Of a DNA stretch of 50,961 bases, positions 1-10,188 are shown in pieces (position 1 is the first letter of the stretch; every line of letters starts with the position of its first letter). Where the stretch lies: NCBI GenBank assembly GCA_030167865.1, contig JALAGF010005301.1:1-50961 (forward strand). Reading direction: 5' to 3'. Below the pieces are notes generated by a model. The model saw only the letters and a program-made list of their open reading frames with translations. It ran no database searches and had not been told where the DNA came from. This DNA comes from Craspedostauros australis (Eukaryota). The position numbers and the translations under genes are program-made.

Positions 1-2962
1 TGACCATTTCTCCTCCGCCATGGTGAACTTCGACTACGACGAGACTGGCGTGGTGTCTTACACCTCCTCCATCTTTGCCACCTATAGCGACGATGACACT
101 CTCGAGGACATGTTCGACGATGTGGACAAGTACGCCGACGGTAGTGGCGGCGTGACTGGGGTGTACGACACCCAGGAGGAAGATTTTGTCGACCTTTACG
201 CTGATGGCGCGCTGACATCCGATATGGCCTTGGCCATGGCATCGGCTGTGATCGTCGCCATCGCCATCATGGTCCACACCCGCAGTCCCTTCATCACATT
301 GATTGGCCTGGTGCAGATCATGTTCAGCTTCCCACTGTCCTTCTTCGTCTACAGCCTGATCCTTGGGCTGGAGTTCTTCCCATTCTTGAATTTCCTCGGC
401 ATGTTCGTCATCTTCGGACTTGGTGCTGACGACGTAAGTACCACATGGCCTCATACTCGTGTCATGGACGCACGATGAAGGAGCCAAGAGATTGCATATG
501 CACTGATAGCTCACGCAATTTTGTATCTAACCAATCGCATATGCTGTTCTGTTCATTTCATGTCGCCGCTCTACCGCCATTGAATCTATCCACACCATCA
601 CCATACCGACATGCCGTCGTGCCATATTTGCATGCCACGCAACAATACTCTCAACGCGTATAAATGGAACACACGCACGCACGCACACAGGTCTTCGTTG
701 CCATGGACAAGTGGAAGAATGCCCGCCTGGATCACCCCAATTCATCCACCGAAGACATTGCGGCTATGGCGCTACCAGATGCCGCGTCTGCGATGTTCCT
801 CACCACGATCACCACCGCAGTCGCTTTCTTCGCCACCGCCATCTGCCCTGTCGCACCAGTCAAGATGTTCGCGATCTTCTGCGGTCTCCTCGTCCTCCTC
901 GATTACTTTCTCAACGTGCTGCTGGTTTTCCCAGCCCTCTGCATGTATGACATCGCTATCCAAGAGAAGGGCGATCAGGTCAGTTGCTGCATTCACTTTG
1001 ATCACTGGTGCAACCTGTGCTGCCGCAAGAACGGTGGGGACAACGACAGCGAAGCGGGCTCAGTGACCTCCTCGCAACGTGAGGACGGGGCAAAGCGCAA
1101 CGGCGATCGGCTTCACGATTCCAACAACGATGCTGTTGGCAATGGCGAAGATGAAGATGAAAACATATCCCTTATTCGACGGGCCCTGCTGGGGCTATTC
1201 TACATCCTGAAGCGCGGAAAGTGGCCAATCTTCGTGCTCTCCATGGTTGCGCTTGTGGTGACCGCCATCTTTGCAGCAAAGCTAGACCTCCCAACCTCTT
1301 CGGATGTCCGCGTTCTGGGGGATGACGTCGAGTTTGAGCAGGCGTACGTCTGGAGACAGAAGCTTCTGTACGATCAGCTCGATAGGGCAGAAGGCAGCGT
1401 CGCTTACATCATTTGGGGTGTCAAGCCCGCAGACACCGGCAACCACGGTAAGTGAACCTCGTGACTTCGTGCGAAGAGATCCTGGCCAGCGCTTCTCTAT
1501 CCATTCGATAACCATTGGATGCTCTTTCAACTCACGCCCTCCGTTCATTCCGAATCACTTTGATCCAACATCGACTTTCGTTCAAACTGATCCGCATCCA
1601 CATGATACAACAACCTCAGACAACCCGGACGAATGGACACAAGTCGTCCTTGACGAGTCGTTCGACCCTGCCACCCAAGAGAGCCAGCAGCACCTTCTCG
1701 ACATCTGCAGCAGTACCTTCGCCCAAGACTTCGCTGACCCCATCGGGTCCAACTACACCTGCTCGTTTTCTGGGTTGAACCAGTGGCTCGTTGACGAGTC
1801 ATCTGCGGCCTCACCAAGTCAGATCTACCAAGACAACTGCGCTGGAGCTGACAAGCTCCCGATGCCATCCGACAGCTTCCATGGATGCATGACCGCATGG
1901 GCCAGGGAAGTGGAGGACTTGAATGTTATGTCGAGAAATGGCCGTGTCACGATCTTCTTGATTCCATTCAATTCTCGCGTGCGCTACGATGATCACTACG
2001 ACAAGCTCGATGACGAGTGGAAGCTCATCGACGACTGGATGAAAGAACAGAACAAGGAACACGCATCAGAAGGGACCGACAAAGCATTCTTCTCGTCTGC
2101 CGATTTTTGGTGGTATGACACCAACGGGTAAGTCCGCGATCGTCAGTTCGTCATTCTATTGCGCTCCACATATGCTTGATTTGGCACAATTCAATGACTT
2201 CCAACGACTTCGTCGCTCATACACTCACTCACTCACTCACTCCTCACACATGCAATACATGTATGTACACCTACCCACTTGCATATATACACCCACGAAC
2301 ACTCCAACAGACAAATGCTCAAGACAGCATATGGATCTGCCGGTATTGCTCTTGGTGCTGCCACGATCATGTTGCTGGCCACATCCCGCTCCTTGCTCCT
2401 AACTCTCTTCTCGACAACGACCGTGGCTTACGTTCTCACCTCCGTCACCGCTTCGCTGGTCTCCCTCGGCTGGACACTGGGCTTCCTTGAGTCCATCTGC
2501 TTCGCCATTCTGATCGGAATCTCTTGCGACTTTGTCCTTCACTTCGCACATGCCTACACCACGATGGAGGGTGATGTGCACCGCGAAGAGCGCACCAAGT
2601 TCGCAATACTCCACATGGGGCCATCCATCTTGGCAGCAGGCTTCACCACGATCGCATCGGCAGCAGTAATGAACTTCACGGTCATCACGTTCTTCCAGAA
2701 GTTCGGCCTCATCTTGCTCATCGCCGTCATCCAAGCAACCATCGGTGCCTTCATCGTGTTCAACACGCTCGTGATCTGCTTTGGTCCCAAGAATCCCTCC
2801 AAGATGTATGACGCGCTGAAGGAGAAGTGTTCAAGTGGAAACCGTAGCCAATCGCAAACCAACAAGGACGGAGACAGCAGCGACACCAACGGCGACACCA
2901 ACGGCGACGAGGAAAACAACATTGGCACCACCGCGAACATGCGCGCATCTCGCCCCTACTAA
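1..2962 (+). CDS. Dispatched/Patched-family (RND, sterol-sensing domain) membrane protein, 5' end outside window; exons <1-433, 691-1447, 1620-2127, 2311-2962
   Basis: GTAAGT donors at 434, 1448, 2128 and CAG acceptors ending 690, 1619, 2310 join four ORFs in frame. SSD-type motifs GLGADD|VFV and AMFLTTITTAVAF; second RND repeat with GWTLGFLESIC, GISCDFVLHFAHAY, MGPSILAAGFTT. Confidence 0.88.
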
Positions 2963-3219
2963 AAAACATCGCACCTCCAACCGATCTGTTTGCACTTCGA
3001 CATCAGAAGAGTCGCCAGAAGAGCCACAAATATGATATTATACGAACAACGCGCACAGCGCAAAACCGCCACGAAACACCTGAAACGCAAGAAGAAGATG
3101 CAGAGCAGAGTCCTCGGAAGAATAACCATGTATACTCTCTACAAATAGATGATAGGATAAATATTCAAACAGTAGGCATGATCGAACTGAAATCAATTCA
3201 GCCATGAACTACTCTCAGA

Positions 3220-3241
3220 ACCATACCATACCATACCATAC
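3220..3241. repeat. (ACCAT)4 microsatellite
   Basis: Read directly; abuts the left end of the MITE-like element. Confidence 0.9.
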
Positions 3242-3374
3242 GACCCACTTGAGTGACGGGACCTGCAGTCGGTGCTGGGGTGCCGGCAACATACTATACG
3301 GGGCTTTCGACCAAATCACTCACACATTCATAAACTAGAGGACGGACTGTGGGTCCCGTCACTCGACCGGGTCT
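3241..3374. mobile_element. MITE-like element, 134 bp, ~29-bp imperfect terminal inverted repeats, flanked by TA on both sides
   Basis: Left GACCCACTTGAGTGACGGGACCTGCAGTC (3242-3270) vs reverse complement of 3345-3373 GACCCGGTCGAGTGACGGGACCCACAGTC: 24/29 identical with a perfect 13-bp core. TA at 3239-3240 and 3375-3376. Confidence 0.6.
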
Positions 3375-3612
3375 TAATCGTATTAGTCAAGCGTTTCCAG
3401 AAGCCCAAAGAAACTCGACGAAGAACGCTTTTTCGCGATCAACACACAAATCACGGAGTCAGCGAAAGATGACACGCCGATCATCTCACAAAACACACGC
3501 TCCGACAAGCCGCAGCAACCCCCTCGCCGCATTCCACACCTCCTCGCAATTGCAATCAGATCGACGATCGCAAAAGCACCTTCTCGCACCCTCCCAATAC
3601 GTACACCCAACG

Positions 3613-4947
3613 ATGGCAGAGTTGAAGAAATCCGAAGCATCGATCGACGATGTTTGGACGAGGTACAACCAGATTCGTCATGATGCGAACATCTTCCACC
3701 AGGCGATCGCAACCGATGCGATGGACGTAGATGGGACCTCTGGGAGGCTTCCGTACGTACGTCCCAGGAAGGTGCTGCCACCACCACCTCCTCCTCCGCC
3801 AGAAGAAGAAGAAGAAAAATCAGCATCAAACGCTGACAAGGGTGACAAGGCGGAGGGTGAAGCAGAAGGGGAGGGCAAGGCATCCCCACCAACACCTCCA
3901 CCCCCACCTCCGCCTATAGTTATCGAAGAGATCGACGATTCCAACGATCCCGAGGTACCGCCCAACTCTACGACGCCCATCTTCACCACGTTGGAGGGCG
4001 TCGTCACGGAAGTCACGGCATTGCAGCAGAAATTGATCGACGAGCTACTTCCCAAGCGCGACAAGTTTGCCAAGAGGTTGGCGGAGAAGGACCCGATCAC
4101 CGGGAATCCGCGCTACGGTGCAAGGACGCAGGTGAGGGTCAAGTACTTCCTGCAGCTGTACTACAACCTGGTTCAGGCATTGTCAGCGACGTTGCCATCT
4201 TCGGATGGTGGCGCTGGCCACGATGCCACGATCTCATCCGCCTCGTCCATGATCCAGTCCTTGCAGGAGAAGTACACGAAGGAACAGCAGGAGCAGGACG
4301 AACGCGAACGTGCGGAGGCGCAACGAAAGGCAAAACAGGAACGCGAAGACAAGGAGAAGCTGGAACGTGAAAAGAGAGAAGAAAGAGAACGCTCGGAGAA
4401 GGAACGGTTGGAGCAGGAGGAAGAAGATCGCAAGGCGCAGGAGGAGCTGCACCAGCAGGCCGAGGTGGCGCGCAAGGAACGCATGGAACGCGAGGCTGCC
4501 GAACGAGCCTGGGCGTCCAAGATCTCCGTCAGCAAGGCGGGAATCGAGCAGCAGATTGCGAGAATCCGAGAGTCCACCAAGGATGACGAGCCCGCGCAGT
4601 ACACGGCCCTGTTGGCGTTGTATCAGCTATTCTCGCAAATCCAGGCCCACCCCGAGAACGTGCAGTTCCGTAGGATACGGGTCACCCACGAGCAATTTCA
4701 ACAGGATATCGGACGGCACGATGGTGGCAAGGAGCTGCTGATCGCGGCCGGTTTCGTGCTGGGCGCCATCGATGAGATCCCGTGCTTCATCAGCAAGGAA
4801 CCCGACATAGAGAAGGACATGGATGCCTGGTCGGCATGGTTCGACCTGCAGAAGACGGCGTTCGACCTTCTGCAGACGGAACGGGAACGAATCGAGGAAG
4901 AGAAAAAGATCACCCGACGTAAACTGTTGGCCGCCCAGAAGAAGTGA
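3613..4947 (+). CDS. PUB-domain protein (p97/CDC48 cofactor-like) with poly-Pro tracts and an E/K/R-rich coiled coil
   Basis: C-terminal ALLALYQLFSQIQAHPENVQFRRIRVTHEQFQQDIGRHDGGKELLIAAGF matches the PUB pattern (N/H-P-x3-K/F-R-x-I...L...GF). Start placed at MAELKK (ATG 3613); the ORF-track start lies inside the MITE. Confidence 0.8.
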   Translation: MAELKKSEASIDDVWTRYNQIRHDANIFHQAIATDAMDVDGTSGRLPYVRPRKVLPPPPPPPPEEEEEKSASNADKGDKAEGEAEGEGKASPPTPPPPPPPIVIEEIDDSNDPEVPPNSTTPIFTTLEGVVTEVTALQQKLIDELLPKRDKFAKRLAEKDPITGNPRYGARTQVRVKYFLQLYYNLVQALSATLPSSDGGAGHDATISSASSMIQSLQEKYTKEQQEQDERERAEAQRKAKQEREDKEKLEREKREERERSEKERLEQEEEDRKAQEELHQQAEVARKERMEREAAERAWASKISVSKAGIEQQIARIRESTKDDEPAQYTALLALYQLFSQIQAHPENVQFRRIRVTHEQFQQDIGRHDGGKELLIAAGFVLGAIDEIPCFISKEPDIEKDMDAWSAWFDLQKTAFDLLQTERERIEEEKKITRRKLLAAQKK

Positions 4948-5082
4948 GGATGGCATTCACATCTGCAAATATTATGCTATATAATATTATATGTACGAGT
5001 ATGAGAGTGTGCTACGTTCTGTTCTTGCCCACCATGGCATGCATGGTATGGGTGTCACAGTAGAGTGCAGCTGCCAAGAGCT

Positions 5083-5764
5083 CAGATGGTTGGTTCGTTG
5101 GTGTCGCCATTGTTGTGGTCGATGGTGTTGTTGGTGTTGTTGGTGCTGGCCTTGTTGGCCTTTTTGCGTCTCTTTCCGCAAGTCAGAAATGTAGTGNNNN
5201 NNNNNNNNNNNNNNNNNNNNNNNNNNNNNNNNNNNNNNNNNNNNNNGTAGTGTCCACAATGCCCTGCAAGTTCTCCGAAGCTTGGTCAATACGCTGCTCT
5301 ACAGCCTTGTCAGCTTGTTGGAGACGCTGCTTTGAAGCCTTGTCAGCCTGCTTCACTCCCTTCTCAATCAAGCTGCCACCAACAACGATACCAACGGCAG
5401 CAACAACGGCAGCAACAAATAGCACCTTCATCACAAACTCAAAGCTTCGCGAGAGAATGACTGAGCAAGGGGCTTTCCACAAGCCCCGCACAGATGGAAG
5501 ACGCATCCCTGCACTTGGCGTTGGGCTAATGCCACCTGCTGCACCAGCTACAGCACCAGCTGTGGTCACACCTGTGGTGCCATGAAGATTGTGTGGTGCA
5601 AAGGCACAGCCTGGTATGCCACCATTGTTTTTGCTGCCAGCTTTGTTGGCATGTCCACCCATGATCGACCAGGGCTTCTTGGTGGGGCCACCTGCCACAA
5701 AGGCACAGCCCAGCCATGCCATGATGAGGAACAGAGCAAGAACGACATTGGGAGCGAACTTCAT
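5083..5764 (-). CDS. Hypothetical protein with signal peptide and one internal hydrophobic helix, interrupted by an assembly gap
   Basis: MKFAPNVVLALFLIMAWLGCAFVAG signal-like N-terminus; VLFVAAVVAAVGIVVGGSLI TM-like; KQADKA / QQADKA repeat. The 3' end is inferred by collapsing the duplicated GTAGTG gap flanks. Confidence 0.4.
5197..5246. other. Assembly gap (50 N)
   Basis: Run of 50 N; both flanks read GTAGTG. Confidence 0.99.
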
Positions 5765-5789
5765 TGTTGGATGTTTGGCTTGGTGGTGG

Positions 5790-5790
<1 letters not shown>

Positions 5791-5823
<33 letters not shown>
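5791..5823. repeat. (GAT)11 microsatellite
   Basis: Read directly. Confidence 0.92.
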
Positions 5824-5824
<1 letters not shown>

Positions 5825-6623
5825 GCTGTTGTTGATTCTGCTTTCGTTTCTTGTGTGTCGCTGTGATGGGGTTTAGTTGTGTCTTCTCTGAACCACAAAG
5901 TGAATGTTCTATTCTCGACTGTAGCGTACGCTCGAACAGAATGGAATGCCAAAGTCTTGTCTCCCATCACAACAAAACACCCCTGTGATGTTCCACACTG
6001 TGCTGTGATTGGTGTTTCATGACATAGCATCTTGTTTCATAATGAAGAGGATGGATTAGAGGAACAAGGTATGGAATGGATGTACGTACAAGTGTGCACG
6101 AGTGCTGTGATAGACTATTACTCTCTCATGGAGATCGTTATTGCAAACGATTTCGTGATTCTACCCTTGCCACCCCATATAGTTGTGTGAAGATGCTCTC
6201 TGATTTGTTGGTCTGGATGCTCCCAGAAAGTGGAATGGTGATGACGACGACGGTGATGGCGATGACGCCAACTTCGAATGTTCCTGGACTGTGATGTTTA
6301 TCTATACTAGAGACGTAGGCTAGCGTTGCAACTATCGAGTTAGGCCTGTTTCCGCATTCGTGTCATTTGTGTGACGCACGCGCACGTCACAGAAACGCTT
6401 ACTTTTGTCGACACCTTGTTCTCACGTTGTTCACAACTTCTGTTTTGGACATCAAAGTGGTCATAACTATGGCCATCATTGCTGAGCATCCATCGATCAT
6501 TCACCTCAGTATCTTCAGTCAACTTGCGTATCACCAGCATCGTCACTAGCAATAGCAGTAGCAACAGAAGCAGCAACAGCACAACCCTGCCAACAATCGT
6601 CTGCAACTGAAGAGACCCGCACC

Positions 6624-8864
6624 ATGCTGAACGCAGCCACGCGAACCAGCAGCTCCATGCTGCAAAGAATGCGCATGCAGTCAGGCACAGCAGCCGCAGC
6701 AGGAGCGGGATTGTCAGGATCATCGCTTGCTCGCTTCTTCTCGACCCAGGATCCTCCCAGCGACGACGACGATGACGACGACGACGGTCTGTTCGCACCA
6801 GAAGAGATCCCGACCGAAGGAGAATGGGCCGGCTGCCGACGTTCCTTCATGTCGCCGATCCAGATCTCCGTGAGAGGTGCCGACATCCTGCAGGACCCAC
6901 TGTTCAACAAGGGCACGGCCTTCAAAATGGGCGAGCGCGATCGCCTGCGCTTCCGCGGATTGCTGCCAGCCCGCGGCCACAACATCCACACGCAGAAAGA
7001 GCGCTTCCTGCGCACGCTGCGCGGCCAGGAGTCCAACATCATCAAGAACACCATGCTGGAGGATCTGCACGATCGCAACGAAACGCTGTATCATCGCATC
7101 CTGGTCGATCACATCGAGGAGATGGCGCCGCTCATCTACACGCCCACCGTGGGACAGGCCTGCCAGGAATTCGCCTCGCGCTTCCGCCGTCCGCGCGGCA
7201 TGTACTTCGCGGAGGAGGATCGCGGGCACATGGCGGCCATGGTCTACAACTGGCCCCACAAGGATGTGCACGTCATCGTCGTGACGGACGGTTCGCGCAT
7301 CCTCGGGCTGGGCGATCTCGGCGCCAACGGCATGGGAATTCCCATCGGCAAGCTGTCGCTATACTGCGCCGCCGGCGGCATCGCCCCGCATCGCGTGCTG
7401 CCTGTTGTGCTCGATGTCGGCACGGATAACGAGGAGCTGCTCAACGGCAAGTTCTACCTCGGCGTGCAGAAGAAGCGGCTGCGTGGCAGCAAGTATTACC
7501 AGCTCGTCGACGAATTTATGCACGCCGTGCGGTACCGATGGCCCAACGTCCTCGTCCAGTTCGAGGATTTCAACTCCTCCGTCGCACAGAAGCTGCTCGA
7601 CAAGTACCGTGACGATCATCTGTGCTTCAACGATGACATCCAGGGCACCGGAGCCACCGCTCTGGCCGGCCTCATGGGCGCCATCCGTGCCAAGGGCGAG
7701 GACGTCAACCAGCTGGGTGATCAGCGCATCGTCATCGTCGGCGCTGGAAGTGCTGGTATCGGCATCGGGCAGGTGCTCAAGAACGCCATGATGGAACAGG
7801 GTTGCACCGAAGAACAGGCCAAGGACTCATTCTTCATTTTGGATGAGCAAGGGTGCGTCGTTACTTTTTCGTTGTACTCGCATTGCTGCATGTATTGGTG
7901 TGTGGCGTATGGGGTATGATACATGCGTTTTGGTGTGTGTGCAACGTAATGGAAGAAGCATGCGCACTCAATTGGTTCGCATGTCACACATCCTCGCACT
8001 TTGTGGAGCTTCCGTTGTTACTGTTGCATAATGGATGCAGACTCACAGTATTGTTTGACTCGATCTCTGAACAAGCCTCTGCTTTTGGCAACAACTCAAC
8101 GAATCAATGGACAAATGAATGAATACGCGGACATCAACGCTTGCCATGCAACTATCCTCGCACATGGACGTACTCTATGCAGTTTGTTGGGAGAGGAACG
8201 AATGGACGAATTCAGCAGCGAGCAGAAGCCATTCGCTCGCAAGGAAGATGGTGGCATGCAGCTTCTCGACGTCGTCAAGAAGTACAAGCCGACCATCTTG
8301 CTGGGTGTCACGGCTGTTGGCGGTCTCTTCAACGAGAAGCTCATCCGCGAGATGGCAAGCAACGTGGAACGCCCGATCATCTTCCCACTCTCCAATCCAA
8401 CCACGAAGGCAGAATGCACGGCGGAACAGGCCTTCGAATGGACCGAGGGACGCTGCATCTTTGCATCCGGCTCGCCATTCGATCCGGTCCAACTGGAAGG
8501 CGACGACAAGACGTACTACCCATCGCAATGCAACAACATGTACGTGTTCCCCGGACTGGGTCTGGGCGCCACAATATCCGGCGCCAAGATCGTCACGGAC
8601 CGCATGCTGTACGTCGCCGCCAAGGCGTTGGCCGAGTTCGTGCCGCAGGAAGAATTGGAGGCCGGCAAGGTCTTCCCCACCCTGGCCAACATCCGCAAAG
8701 TGAGCCACCGCATTGCCGTCGAGGTCATTCGGGAAGCCATGCGGGATGGCCTCGCCACGAAGATATCCCCGAAGGATGCCGAGGATTTGGACGGTTTTGT
8801 GTGGGGCAAGATGTACTTCCCAGAATACGTGCCGTTGGTGGAGAAGAAGGAAGTGACGATCTAA
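6624..8864 (+). CDS. Malic enzyme, probably mitochondrial NAD-type; exons 6624-7852, 8183-8864
   Basis: Motifs FNKGTAF, PLIYTPTVG, VVTDGSRILGLGDLG, QFEDF, FNDDIQGTG, GAGSAGIG, PIIFPLSNPT, FASGSPF, QCNNMYVFPGLGLG. Intron GTGCGT(7853)...CAG(8182) gives DEQG|LLGEER. R/S/A-rich presequence ending ARFFS. Confidence 0.95.
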
Positions 8865-9612
8865 GACTCCAAGGAGACCACACACTTCCGAACAGATGCG
8901 CAGCGACTTTGGTGATGTTGATGACGTTTGGCGAAGGCGTGGACGCAATCAAACTACAAGAACTTTCACAGCATCCTAAAACAAATACGGAATGAATGAA
9001 GAAATGGAATTTCGAGACATAGCTACTCGTAAGCCAGCGTGCGATCCAAGTGCAACGAAGGGAGGGTTCTGCCGTATTTCCTGTTGTTTATGAGTGCTGT
9101 TGTCACTCGCAACACTGGGCAGGGATGCCATTCGAGAGAGGAATCCCATGCACTCGATTAGTTGCCGATTGATAGATTGATTGATTGTGGATGAGAATGA
9201 GAGAAGATCTCTCGAAAGGAGCGTTTGCATGACCCTGCGCAAAGCAAGACTTGACTGCGCCGTGTGCATCGTAGCAACGCGGCTGGTTCCACCACTGCAA
9301 TGCGTTGCAAGTAGAGTACCTAGCCGTTCGCGTGTTGTTTCAAGTGTAATCCGGTCTCCTCACGTTCTCTTCCCTTGGCTCGTAGAACTTGCGTGGTATC
9401 GAACTCAATGGGGTACTCGGACCTCCTTCGTTGAATAGAGTAGCTCATCGTTTCAATTCATACCGAGAAGAGAGTTGCTCCAGCGATGAAAACCGTGCGA
9501 TAGCAGCGCACAGCAATCTTCTCCAGCTGCGATGCATGATTGATTTCCCTGCATCGATCCAACCACCCATCCATCCACCAATCCGTTCACGCATCCATGC
9601 ATGTGACCAATG

Positions 9613-10188
9613 TTAAAGCCTGGGAACGATGGCGAATGTGCATTGTTCGTAGGTCGTGCAGCAAACGTCCTGACATTCGCTGAGGCAGTCCTCTTTGGTT
9701 TTGCCCGTGCCGTAGGTATCCGTCGACAGACATTGGGTCTTGCATTCGGCGATGGACCGCAGAAAGCTCGGATCCTTGCGCGTGCCCTTGAGATCGTCCT
9801 TGGCTTGCGGCTTCTTGCCCGGAATCCGCGGGGCCTTGCCGGTGATGTAGACCGTGGACGTTGGGGCTGCGGGTGTCGTTGCATCTGCGGAAGCAGTCAG
9901 GGGCAAGGCCGTTGCGAGAAGGCCGACGCAGGATGCGGTGAGGAAGGTTCGGCGCAGCTGTGGGCTGACGCATGCCCATCGTGAATCCACTCCAGAGTCT
10001 GATGCAGCATCGTCCACAACAGCAAGCAAGGATGCTGACCGCGTCTGGTGCGTTTGTGTGTGCTTGTAGTGGGAGTGCGCCTGGGGCATCATCCAGGCTT
10101 GCACGCCGCTGTTGGCGGCAAGGAATGCCAGCGCCATCAACACAGTTGCCATCATGCCCAGCATCCGTCTCGATCCAACAATCATCAT
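9613..10188 (-). CDS. Putative plastid thylakoid-lumen Cys-rich protein of unknown function
   Basis: Signal peptide ending VQA-WMMP (ASAFAP-like), transit region, twin-arginine RRTFL + hydrophobic stretch + ASA cleavage site; mature C-terminus has 7 Cys (ECKTQC...DCLSECQDVCCTTYEQC). Confidence 0.75.
   Translation of the reverse strand: MMIVGSRRMLGMMATVLMALAFLAANSGVQAWMMPQAHSHYKHTQTHQTRSASLLAVVDDAASDSGVDSRWACVSPQLRRTFLTASCVGLLATALPLTASADATTPAAPTSTVYITGKAPRIPGKKPQAKDDLKGTRKDPSFLRSIAECKTQCLSTDTYGTGKTKEDCLSECQDVCCTTYEQCTFAIVPRL

Noticed and set aside
3349..3612. 88-aa N-terminal extension of the PUB ORF
   Set aside because: Starts at a GTG inside the MITE-like repeat and has UTR-like composition.
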